Of a DNA stretch of 64,000 bases, positions 44,023 to 53,070 are shown one piece after another. How positions within the stretch are numbered: the first letter of the stretch is position 1; each line of letters starts with the position of its first letter. The DNA lies in the NCBI GenBank assembly GCA_032229975.1, contig JAVXVG010000017.1:87557-151556 (forward strand), in the 5' to 3' direction. Both the position numbers and the translations under genes were made by a program. Under the pieces are notes generated by a model that saw nothing but the letters and a program-made list of their open reading frames with translations, had not been told where the DNA came from and ran no database searches. Origin of the DNA: Acidobacteriota bacterium. GTDB lineage: Bacteria; Acidobacteriota; Blastocatellia; Pyrinomonadales; Pyrinomonadaceae.

Positions 44023-44265
44023 CTAGCTCCGCTTGGAAGAACGTTGTTGAGGGGACTGCTTTTTTGAGACCTTCATTAGTAAACGCAGCGCCTCGTTAAC
44101 CGACTCATCGTCAGGGAACACCTTCGCGACTTCCGGCGCGAGCAGCACAAGGTTCGTGCCCTCGCGATACCGGCGCAGGTGCTTGCCACGGACGCCGCCT
44201 TTCAGAATCGACGAGTCGTATTCAGGTCGGAGATCAGCGTTGAGCGCATCAGATTTCTTCTTCAT
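44023..44265 (-). CDS. brnA: BrnA-like antitoxin
   Basis: 80 aa, immediately downstream of BrnT and overlapping it by 17 nt. LRPEYD...KG.VRGK pattern. Confidence 0.6.
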   Translation of the reverse strand: MKKKSDALNADLRPEYDSSILKGGVRGKHLRRYREGTNLVLLAPEVAKVFPDDESVNEALRLLMKVSKKQSPQQRSSKRS

Positions 44266-44524
44266 ACAGTTTTCTCTCGCCGCGCGTAGTCTCCCGCGCG
44301 CTGATTATCCGGGTCGTATCGCCACGATCAGAGTGGGCAACAATAAGCAACGTACCCTGCCCGGAAACGCCAATCGTGATGAAGCGTTGTTCTTCAAGCG
44401 AATGATCCGGATCATCGAAGGTACGTGCTAGCGGATCGCCGAAGATGGTTGCCGCTTCCTTGAAAGAAATGCGATGCTCCTTCAAGTTTCTGGCAGCTTT
44501 CTTCGCGTCCCAATCAAAATCCAT
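44249..44524 (-). CDS. brnT: BrnT-family toxin (DUF497)
   Basis: 91 aa. FDWDAKKAARNLKEHRISFKEAATIFGDP...RFITIG...[16 protein letters not shown]. Confidence 0.75.
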   Translation of the reverse strand: MDFDWDAKKAARNLKEHRISFKEAATIFGDPLARTFDDPDHSLEEQRFITIGVSGQGTLLIVAHSDRGDTTRIISARETTRGERKLYEEEI

Positions 44525-44560
44525 TGATAGATTATAGCCTTGACAGGTACACGATCATAA

Positions 44561-45160
44561 TCATTCGGCTAAACGCTCCTCGGCTGCATCATCAGCCTGA
44601 AAGCGATTCTGAAAATCCTTCGAGCTGCGACGCAGCGCAACCCAGTCGTCGAACATTTCGGGCGTCTGCAACCAGACGGTGAACCACTGCGCGATCTCTT
44701 CCTTCTCGGCGCGCTTGCGCTCCGCGACAGACTTGTTCGCCGCGATCATCTGCGCGCGCTGCTTGCCTCTGAGGGCCGTCTCGCGCACGCGCCGCAATCC
44801 TTCTCCATCTTTCTTGCGCGCGAGTTGCTTGCGTAAATTTTCCAGACGCCGGATCGAATTCGCCGCCTGATCGAAGTCCGAGAAGCGCAGCACATTTCGC
44901 AGCATCGGCTCGTATGGATCGACCGTGCGCCAGCGCGCGTCCGCCTCCAACACTTCGGCGTGGCGCAGCTCCGCGCCCTCGTCTGCGAGCAGTCGCGCGA
45001 TTGCGGCGGGACTCTCAATCGCGCCGCCGTCGAATCGCTCGCGCACCGCCGACATGATCTCTTCCAACTCGCGCGCGCCTACGGTCTCGCAGTCGAGGTG
45101 CTCCCACACTTCGATCATCAACTCGCGCTTCGTGCGCGCCTTCCACGCTCGTCTTGCCAT
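44561..45160 (-). CDS. hypothetical charged helical protein
   Basis: 199 aa from MARRAWKART. I recognise no family. It is divergent from recQ. Confidence 0.5.
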   Translation of the reverse strand: MARRAWKARTKRELMIEVWEHLDCETVGARELEEIMSAVRERFDGGAIESPAAIARLLADEGAELRHAEVLEADARWRTVDPYEPMLRNVLRFSDFDQAANSIRRLENLRKQLARKKDGEGLRRVRETALRGKQRAQMIAANKSVAERKRAEKEEIAQWFTVWLQTPEMFDDWVALRRSSKDFQNRFQADDAAEERLAE

Positions 45161-45316
45161 CGCGCCATCGAGGTTACGACGCGGCGCGCGGGGCGGCAAG
45201 TCCGCGCAACCGCGCGTCGCATGAGTAAGAAACAAACACCTCCGGCGTGTGACACGCAGGGCACTCGCAAGTTAAAATTCACTATCTTCGGCAAGCGTCT
45301 CGAAGGCTCACTACCA

Positions 45317-48013
45317 ATGGCGAACATGGAAGCCGCACTCGCCGCGCTGCGCGAGCACTTCGGCTTCGACGAGTTCCGCGCGGGCCAGCGCGAGGTCGTC
45401 GAAGCCGTCCTCGACGGGCACGACACGGTCGTCGTCATGCCGACAGGCGGCGGCAAATCTCTCTGTTATCAACTGCCCGCGCTGATGAAAGACGGCGCGG
45501 CCCTCGTCGTCTCTCCGCTCATCGCGTTGATGAAAGATCAGGTTGACGCGCTACAGGCGCGCGGGCTTGCGGCCACCTTCGTCAACAGCTCCATCGACTT
45601 CGAGGAACAGAAGTCGCGCATTGCGCGCGTGCGTCGCGGAGAGTTCAAACTGATCTACGTCGCGCCCGAACGATTCCGAAGCCTTCACTTCGTCGAGGCT
45701 TTGCAGAGCGCGAACATCTCGCTCTTCGCCGTCGATGAGGCGCATTGCGTTTCGACTTGGGGGCACGACTTCCGGCCCGACTTCCTGCGTCTGAAAGATG
45801 CGATCAAAGAGATCGGGCGACCGCAGGTCATCGCGCTCACCGCGACCGCCACGCCTTACGTGCGCGCAGACATCATCGAGCAACTCGAACTCCAAAGCCC
45901 GCGTGCCTTCGTCTCCGGCTTCGACCGGCCCAACCTCGCTATCCACGTCGTCCACACGCAGAACGAGCGCGAGAAGATCGCGCGCATACGCGCACTCGCC
46001 GCCTCGCCCGGCGGCTCAGGGATCATCTATTCATCGACGCGCAAGTCCGTCGAGCAGGTCGCGCGCCGCTTGCAGGATGCTGGCTTGAGCGTCGTCGCCT
46101 ATCACGCGGGGATGGAGGACTCTGAGCGCGTGCGCGCGCAGGACGAGTTCATGTCAGGCGCGCGACAGATGATCGTCGCGACGAACGCCTTCGGCATGGG
46201 CATCGATAAGCCGGATATACGTTTCGTCGTCCACTATCATCTACCCGGATCGATTGAAGCCTACTATCAAGAGATCGGTCGCGCGGGTCGCGACGGCCAG
46301 CCCGCAACCTGTGCCCTGCTCTTCAACTACGCGGACAAGCGCACGCAGGATTACTTCATCGAAGGCTCTTATCCGCCGCCCGAAGTGATCGCGAAAGTTT
46401 ATGAAGCATTGGTCGGCACGAATCAAAAACGCATCGAGCTATCGACGCGCGAGATCGCCACGCGGGCCGGACTGCGCAACGAGATGGCTGTGCAGTCCGC
46501 GCTCATCATCCTTGAGAAGGCCGGTCACATCGAGCGCGGCGCGGGCAGCGAGAATCGCGCCGCGCTCCGCCTGCTCATGCCCGCGCCTCTCGCGCGCGAA
46601 GCAGTCAGTTCACGTCGCAGCGCGCGCGACAAGCAGGTGCTCTTCGCGCTCCTCAGTGGTCACGATCTCAACCAGCGCATCGACGCAGAGATCAACGTCG
46701 CGGAGTTTGCCGCGTCAATCGAACTCGATCTCACTTCTGCTCGCCGCTCGCTCTCGTCGCTCGCAGAGTCGGGCGTCGTGTCTTATCAGCCCGCGCGTCG
46801 CACGCGCGGCGTTCAACTGCTAGACGAGCGGCCCGCGCAGCGACTCAACGTGCGCCCGCACGAACTCGCGCGACGCGCCGCGCTCGAACAGCGCAAGCTG
46901 CGCGAGATGATCGCTTTCTGCTACACAGACGGCTGCTACCGCGCCTTCATCCTCGACTACTTCGGCGATCACACTCACGCCGCGACTTGCGGCAAGTGCG
47001 GCAACTGTCACGGCGACTCGAACGCACCGCGAGATAAACAATCGGCGCGTGCCATTCCGCTCGATGATCCCAATCGCGTTGATCGATTTGTACGTGAACA
47101 GACGCCTGTAGGTCGTGATCTAGACTACGAGTTAGACGAGCAGTCGCGTCACGCGCGCGCTTATCGCAACGCAGAAGCCGCAGCCTCCTTGTCGCTTTCG
47201 CCGGAAGAGGAAGTCGCCGCCGCGTTCTCGTCGCGTTCCGCGCGCAACGACGTTTCCGTCACGGAGGCGCGCGAGTTGAACGAAGAGGAGCGACTGTGCG
47301 TGCGCAAGATTCTCGCGTGCGCGGCGCGCATGGAGGGCCGCTTTGGCAAGGGCATCCTCGCCGCGACACTTCGCGGCTCGCGCTCCGCGAAGATCACGCA
47401 GACGGGCCTCGACCGCCTCACGACCTACGGCATCCTCGCCGACATGACGCAGGACGAGATCATGCTCTACATCGATGCGCTCGTCTCTGCGGGAGCATTG
47501 CACGTTACGGGCAGCGCATACCCCATGGTGCAAGCGACCACCCTCGGCAACGACGTGATGCGCGAACGCACAGACATTAAGCTCGCGCTCCCGACGCATG
47601 CGCCGAATGCGACCGCACGAGTCGCATCTTCGCCTGCGTCGTACTCTTCAAGTTCGCGCTCGACTTCCGCAGCGCACGCGCCGCGCGTCAGCACGGTCGA
47701 GGAGACTTACGCCTTCTACAACTCCGGCATGACCATCGAAGAGATCGGCGAGCAGCGCGGGCTTGCCGTGATGACGGTCGAGAAGCATCTCGCCGAGTGC
47801 ATCGCATGCGGGCGGCCCTTCGATCTCTCGCGTCACGTTTCGGAAGCGGATCGCGCGCTTATCCTGCGCGCTGCCGAGCAATTCGGCGCAGAGAGACTTA
47901 AGCCCCTGCGCGATGCGCTCCCGCGCCACGTCACCTATCGCATGATCCGCTTCGTCGTCGCCGACTTGCAGCGCGCCGCACAAGATGAGAATTTCATTAA
48001 CAAGGAAGCATGA
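45317..48013 (+). CDS. recQ: ATP-dependent DNA helicase RecQ (long form with a C-terminal HTH-like extension)
   Basis: Start at MANMEAALAALREHFGFDEFRAGQ. Motifs MPTGGGKSLCYQLPA and FAVDEAHCVSTWGHDFRPDF. Zn-binding cysteines at ...CGKCGNC. Confidence 0.9.
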   Translation: MANMEAALAALREHFGFDEFRAGQREVVEAVLDGHDTVVVMPTGGGKSLCYQLPALMKDGAALVVSPLIALMKDQVDALQARGLAATFVNSSIDFEEQKSRIARVRRGEFKLIYVAPERFRSLHFVEALQSANISLFAVDEAHCVSTWGHDFRPDFLRLKDAIKEIGRPQVIALTATATPYVRADIIEQLELQSPRAFVSGFDRPNLAIHVVHTQNEREKIARIRALAASPGGSGIIYSSTRKSVEQVARRLQDAGLSVVAYHAGMEDSERVRAQDEFMSGARQMIVATNAFGMGIDKPDIRFVVHYHLPGSIEAYYQEIGRAGRDGQPATCALLFNYADKRTQDYFIEGSYPPPEVIAKVYEALVGTNQKRIELSTREIATRAGLRNEMAVQSALIILEKAGHIERGAGSENRAALRLLMPAPLAREAVSSRRSARDKQVLFALLSGHDLNQRIDAEINVAEFAASIELDLTSARRSLSSLAESGVVSYQPARRTRGVQLLDERPAQRLNVRPHELARRAALEQRKLREMIAFCYTDGCYRAFILDYFGDHTHAATCGKCGNCHGDSNAPRDKQSARAIPLDDPNRVDRFVREQTPVGRDLDYELDEQSRHARAYRNAEAAASLSLSPEEEVAAAFSSRSARNDVSVTEARELNEEERLCVRKILACAARMEGRFGKGILAATLRGSRSAKITQTGLDRLTTYGILADMTQDEIMLYIDALVSAGALHVTGSAYPMVQATTLGNDVMRERTDIKLALPTHAPNATARVASSPASYSSSSRSTSAAHAPRVSTVEETYAFYNSGMTIEEIGEQRGLAVMTVEKHLAECIACGRPFDLSRHVSEADRALILRAAEQFGAERLKPLRDALPRHVTYRMIRFVVADLQRAAQDENFINKEA

Positions 48014-48032
48014 AAGAAAAGACGAACCAATA

Positions 48033-48251
48033 ATGCCCAGACCAAATTTCCACGCACAGCCGACGCAGCCCGAACAACAGCCGGAGCTGCCGCCGACCAC
48101 GCCGCACGATCCGGTCGCGCCTGATCCAACGCAGCCGGAGCCTCTGCCTCTGCCGCCCGATTCGCCCACGCCGCGCTCGCCAATTACAGAGCCCGATCCG
48201 GTTCAGCCTGTCGGCGATCCCATTCCGCAAGAGTCGCCGCGCCTTCTCTGA
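48033..48251 (+). CDS. small proline-rich hypothetical protein
   Basis: 72 aa, very rich in Pro, Glu and Thr. Its stop overlaps the next start (TGATG), which suggests coupling. No clear SD. Confidence 0.4.
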   Translation: MPRPNFHAQPTQPEQQPELPPTTPHDPVAPDPTQPEPLPLPPDSPTPRSPITEPDPVQPVGDPIPQESPRLL

Positions 48252-49318
48252 TGCAAGCAGCATCAATCGATCTGAAAGAGATCGCGCGTGTGCTTCGAGA
48301 GAAGCCGTTTCGCTCGCACGCGCTCTTTCGCGGCGGGCACGCGCAGACGCTTGCCGGTTACGCCCACGCGCGGCGGGACATCTTGCGCGAGTCGCGACGC
48401 GATGAGCCGCGTCTGTTCGATGTCGAGCCGGAAGTGCGCGTGATGGCCCGCTGTCGCTGGCAGTCGAATCGTCGCCAGTCGCCGACGCTTGTGCTCGTGC
48501 ATGGCTTGGAGGGATCGAGTGAGTCGCGCTACCTGCTCGGCACGGCGGACAAGGCTTATCGCGCGGGCTTCAACACGTTGCGCACGAACATACGCAGTTG
48601 CGGCGAGACACAGCATCTCACACCCACTCTCTATCACAGTGGGTTGACCGGAGACCTGCGCGCGATACTCAAAGAACTAACGACGCGAGATCATCTCAAA
48701 GAGATTTATCTCGTCGGCTTCTCGCTCGGCGGCAACCAGTGTCTCAAGCTCGCGGGCGAGTTGGGCGCGGACGCTCCGCCGGAGTTGCGAGGCGTCTCAG
48801 CCGTCTCGCCGTCGCTCGATCTCGCTGCGTGTGCTGCGGCCATCGAGCGGCGCGAAAACTATCTCTACAACCTGCGCTTCGTCGTCGCGCTCAAGCGGCG
48901 CATGAGGCGCGCGGCGAAACTCTATCCCGAACGCTACGACACGAATGCGCTCAGACAAGTTCGCACCCTACGCGACTTCGACACGCACTACACCGCGCCG
49001 CACGGGGGCTTTCGCGACGCAGATGATTACTACGCGCGCTCCTCCGCTTTGCAATTCGTCGAGCGCATCAGAGTGCCGACGCTCGTCATACACGCGCAGG
49101 ACGATCCGTTCGTCCCCTACGAATCGTTTCGTCATCCATCGCTGCAAACGAATCCTTGCGTCGTGCTGCTCGCGCCTGAGCGCGGCGGGCACGTCGGCTT
49201 CGTCGCGGGCGCGGGGCGTGGCGGTGAAGATCGATTCTGGGCTGAGAACCGCGTCGTCGATTTCTGCCGCATGCTGCACGAGCGCGAGGCGACGAGGGAG
49301 CGTTCGACAAGATCGTAG
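48251..49318 (+). CDS. alpha/beta-fold hydrolase (YheT-like)
   Basis: LVLVHGLEGSSES and the nucleophile elbow VGFSLGGN. Confidence 0.8.
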   Translation: MQAASIDLKEIARVLREKPFRSHALFRGGHAQTLAGYAHARRDILRESRRDEPRLFDVEPEVRVMARCRWQSNRRQSPTLVLVHGLEGSSESRYLLGTADKAYRAGFNTLRTNIRSCGETQHLTPTLYHSGLTGDLRAILKELTTRDHLKEIYLVGFSLGGNQCLKLAGELGADAPPELRGVSAVSPSLDLAACAAAIERRENYLYNLRFVVALKRRMRRAAKLYPERYDTNALRQVRTLRDFDTHYTAPHGGFRDADDYYARSSALQFVERIRVPTLVIHAQDDPFVPYESFRHPSLQTNPCVVLLAPERGGHVGFVAGAGRGGEDRFWAENRVVDFCRMLHEREATRERSTRS

Positions 49319-49462
49319 GGGCAGGGCTTACTCATCCACGGTCGCAAAGGTGGTTTACGTTGACGCGCCGTGCGTGTCTCGTAATAATCAGTGGAGAGTT
49401 AAAGTCGAACAACGAAGGAGAGTATGAGAGCGTGAGCCGTTAATGGTTCGCGCATGTGATCG

Positions 49463-50806
49463 ATGATCGTTGCGTTGAAAATTTTGGCGGTCTTCCTGCT
49501 CGTGCTGCTGAACGGGTTTTTCGTCGCCTCGGAGTTCTCGATGGTCGGCGTGCGCCGCATGAAGATCGCGACGCTTGCAGAGGCGGGCGACCGTGGCGCG
49601 CGTCGCGTGCTCGCGCTCAAGGACAACCTCGGCTCCTACATCTCCGCTACGCAGCTTGGCATCACGCTCGCCTCGCTCGGACTTGGCTGGCTCGGCGAGC
49701 CGACCGTCGCACACATCCTCGAATCGCCGCTCGCCGCCGTGCCCGAATGGTGGCGACACGCCATCGCCTTCGTCCTCGGCTTCACGATCATCACGGCATT
49801 CCACATCGTCTTCGGTGAGCAAGTCCCAAAGATGCTCGGCATCGAACGCACGGAGCGCGTCGTGATCTTCACGTCGCTGCCGATGCAGGTCTTCTCGAAA
49901 GTCTTTCGCATCCCCATACGCCTGCTCAACTGGGCCGGTACGCGCGTCATACGACTCTTCGGGATGCACTCGACCGCACAGCACGCCTCGACCTACACGG
50001 AGGACGAGATCAGGCAGCTCGTCGATCTCTCGCACCAGAGCGGGCACATAGAGGCCGATGAGAAACAGCTCATCAACCGCGTCTTCGATTTCGCCGAAGC
50101 CGAGGTGCGCGAGGCGATGGTTCCGCGCACGGCCGTCTCCGCGCTGCCCGCAACGGCCACGCTCGAAGAGGTGGAGCGTGCCTTCTGCGAGCAGGGCTAC
50201 TCGCGCCTGCCGGTCTATCGCGAGCGTCTTGACGACGTGGTGGGCGTGCTATTCATGAAAGACATCATGCCGTGCCTGCGCACGCGCGCGCCCGAACCAT
50301 TCGACATGGAGCGCATACTTCACGCGCCGCTCTTCGTGCCCGCCGCCGCGCGTCTCGGCTCTGTGCTCGCGCAGATGCAGCAGGCGCGCACGCACATCGC
50401 TTTCGTCGTCGATGAGCACGGCGGCATCGAGGGCATCGTCACGCTGGAAGATTTACTGGAAGAGATCGTCGGCGAGATCAACGACGAGTATGACGAGGAG
50501 GCCCGCGCGCAGATCGCCGAACAGCCCGACGGCACGTATCTCTTAGACGGGATGCTTGCCGTGCGCGATGTCAATCGACGCTTCATGCTGAAACTGCCGG
50601 AGGACGCGGGCTACACCACGCTCGCAGGCTTTGTGCTCGCGTGCGCGGGCCGCCTCATGAAGCCCGGCGAGACGGTCGAGCACGAGGGCGCGACCTTCGC
50701 CGTCGAACGCGTCGAGCGACATCGCATCCGCCGCTTGCGCTACACGCCTGCCCCTCCCGATGACGCAGATGAGAGCGACGCGGAGATGAACGTCGCCGCC
50801 GATTAG
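49463..50806 (+). CDS. CNNM/hemolysin-family membrane protein (DUF21, CBS pair, CorC_HlyC)
   Basis: 447 aa. N-terminal LNGFFVASEFS, a central CBS pair and a C-terminal CorC-type domain. Confidence 0.85.
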   Translation: MIVALKILAVFLLVLLNGFFVASEFSMVGVRRMKIATLAEAGDRGARRVLALKDNLGSYISATQLGITLASLGLGWLGEPTVAHILESPLAAVPEWWRHAIAFVLGFTIITAFHIVFGEQVPKMLGIERTERVVIFTSLPMQVFSKVFRIPIRLLNWAGTRVIRLFGMHSTAQHASTYTEDEIRQLVDLSHQSGHIEADEKQLINRVFDFAEAEVREAMVPRTAVSALPATATLEEVERAFCEQGYSRLPVYRERLDDVVGVLFMKDIMPCLRTRAPEPFDMERILHAPLFVPAAARLGSVLAQMQQARTHIAFVVDEHGGIEGIVTLEDLLEEIVGEINDEYDEEARAQIAEQPDGTYLLDGMLAVRDVNRRFMLKLPEDAGYTTLAGFVLACAGRLMKPGETVEHEGATFAVERVERHRIRRLRYTPAPPDDADESDAEMNVAAD

Positions 50807-50838
50807 CACGCAAGCCGAAGACTCCCGAAGAACCTTCG

Positions 50839-52155
50839 ATGAAACTCTCGCGCCGAACAGTCGTCTTCGCGCTCTTGCTCGCCTGCGCGTTCCTCTTCCG
50901 CCTCTGGTTCGGCACGTGCTCCGACTTCTGGACGGACGACGAAAGCCAAGTCTATCTCATCGGCCTCAAGTTCTACGCGACGCACGCGTATCCTTACTTC
51001 GGGCCCGACGTGACGCCGGCCATCCAGATACCCGGCGCGCTGCAAGGACTCGTCGTCGGTCTCCCCTTCTTCGTTTATCCTTCGCCCGAAGCTCCCTACG
51101 TTCTCTTAAATCTGCTCTCGTTCGCGAGTCTCTCTTTGCTCGCGTGGTACTTCGCGCGCAGGCTTCCCGACATCCCGAAGTGGATCATCTGGGCTTGGCT
51201 TTTGACCGCACCGTGGACGCTCAACTTCTCGACACACGTCGATAATCCGTCTTACATCTTGACGGGCGCGTGCCTCTTTTTCGTCGGCTGGCTTGAGACT
51301 TGCCCGCACACGCGACGCAAACTCGTCGGCGCGCGACTCGCGAACTTCATGCAGGGCTTCGGCCTTTTCTGGGTGATGCAGTTCCACCTCTCGTGGGTCG
51401 TGCTGGCGATCTTCTCGCTCTGGTCTGCCTATTTTCAATTTCGCGAGCAGGGTTGGCGGGCCGCTCGCTCGCTCATGTGGTTCGCGTGCGGCGCGGCTTT
51501 GCCCGGCGCGCTACTCATTCCCACTTTTCTCAAATTCGGCTTCGCGGGTGGGGCGGGCGATACGCCTGCGGTCGTCGTCTTCAACGTCGATAATCTGAAG
51601 CGACTCTTAAATCCGGTCGAGGGGATACTCGGAAGATTCCTCTCCTTCGCGAGCTACGAGCTGCCGCGCTTCATCGGTGGCAACACCGCCAAGCGGCTCT
51701 CTTTCGTGCGCGAACATTTGTGGCTTGCGCCCTTCGTCGCATTCCTCACCGTCGTCGGACTCGCTCAGCCCGCGCTGCTCATCGTCCTCTGGTTCAAGAA
51801 GTCGCATCCACAGCGCGACTGGCGCGCGATCAAACTGCTCACGCTCGCTACGCTCGCGCTGATCTACATACTCTTCCTCTTCACCTTCCGCCGGCCCGAC
51901 TCGCACACCTACTACGTGACGTTCCCGCTCGTCATGCTCTACAGCCTTTATTGTTGGTCGCCGTATCTCCAACGACGCGGCTGGCAAATCTTCGCCGCCA
52001 TCTTTTTGGCTTGCGGCATCATCTTTCAAATGGGGTTCGCGCTGCACAAGCGCGCGCACGACTCGATGTACACGAATCGGGCCCTCGTGCAACGGGCCAT
52101 CGACGAGCGCGACTATCACATCTTGGGCGAACGACGCGAGGGCTCGCGCTACTGA
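50839..52155 (+). CDS. polytopic integral membrane protein (possible glycosyltransferase-like)
   Basis: 438 aa with 10 or more hydrophobic segments. The family is not recognised. Confidence 0.6.
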   Translation: MKLSRRTVVFALLLACAFLFRLWFGTCSDFWTDDESQVYLIGLKFYATHAYPYFGPDVTPAIQIPGALQGLVVGLPFFVYPSPEAPYVLLNLLSFASLSLLAWYFARRLPDIPKWIIWAWLLTAPWTLNFSTHVDNPSYILTGACLFFVGWLETCPHTRRKLVGARLANFMQGFGLFWVMQFHLSWVVLAIFSLWSAYFQFREQGWRAARSLMWFACGAALPGALLIPTFLKFGFAGGAGDTPAVVVFNVDNLKRLLNPVEGILGRFLSFASYELPRFIGGNTAKRLSFVREHLWLAPFVAFLTVVGLAQPALLIVLWFKKSHPQRDWRAIKLLTLATLALIYILFLFTFRRPDSHTYYVTFPLVMLYSLYCWSPYLQRRGWQIFAAIFLACGIIFQMGFALHKRAHDSMYTNRALVQRAIDERDYHILGERREGSRY

Positions 52156-52179
52156 GCCGACGGCCACTACAATGCTTTT

Positions 52180-53070
52180 TTACTTCTTCTCTTTTTCGAT
52201 TCGCTTGAGCAGTCGAGTCGCGTGGTTGCGTGCGATGAGCGGGAGGCGTTCGTCCGTCGAGAGGTCTGACAGAAGCGGAGCGACGCGGGAGTTGTCGGAG
52301 AGATCATCGCGGTCGAGGAGGATTTCAAGTCGCTTGAGGATGCGGACGGTCTCCGATGGTTGATACTGCCGTGCGATCTCCATGTCGAAGACGAAGAGCT
52401 GCTGATCGGTGAGTCGTTGATATTCACGTTTGAGCGCGGCCACCTGATCGTTGTTCGTCCAGTCGAACTGTGCCGTGCGCTCGCGCGTGCCCTGCTTCAT
52501 CGTCAAACGAATGACGCCGAGGTTGGCGAAGTGCTTGTCCGATTGATAGCTCTCCTGTGAGTCTAAAAACTTCAGGGCCTCCCACGCCGAGACGATGCGC
52601 GCGAAGGCGGAGGGCGAGATTTCCAACGGCTCTGTAAAGGGCTGCTCTTCGTTCTTGCGCTCGAAGGTGAGTGTGCCGCGCCCCGCCGCGTCGTGCTCGA
52701 TGTGCACGTGCCGCACGTCGAAATCGGGCTGCGTGAACTCGTAGAAGTAGCGCGGCCCGTTCACGTTCTTCGCAGCGTCCGCGTTCTTCTTCGCCGATAC
52801 GCTCGTATCGACGGCGACGGACGATTGCGACGCTGTTACATCTGCTGCACGCGCGTTCTTCTTCGCGGGGGCCGGCTCGTTCGTCGTCGTGTTAGCAACA
52901 GGCGAGGTTGTGGCCGTCGGCGTAGTTGTCGCAGTCGTCGGAGATTGTGTGGTGGTGTGCTTGCGCGTCGCTGTGGTCGCTCGCTTTTTTTGCGCCGAAG
53001 TAGGAATCGCCGCGCCCAGTGAGAGCGCGGCGATCAACGTCGAGTTGATGAAGATTTTTTTCCCGCTCAT
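52180..53070 (-). CDS. secreted hypothetical protein with a Thr-rich linker
   Basis: 296 aa, signal peptide, then low-complexity TTATRKHTTTQSPTTATTTPTATT. Its start overlaps the smc stop by 4 nt. Confidence 0.6.
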   Translation of the reverse strand: MSGKKIFINSTLIAALSLGAAIPTSAQKKRATTATRKHTTTQSPTTATTTPTATTSPVANTTTNEPAPAKKNARAADVTASQSSVAVDTSVSAKKNADAAKNVNGPRYFYEFTQPDFDVRHVHIEHDAAGRGTLTFERKNEEQPFTEPLEISPSAFARIVSAWEALKFLDSQESYQSDKHFANLGVIRLTMKQGTRERTAQFDWTNNDQVAALKREYQRLTDQQLFVFDMEIARQYQPSETVRILKRLEILLDRDDLSDNSRVAPLLSDLSTDERLPLIARNHATRLLKRIEKEKK

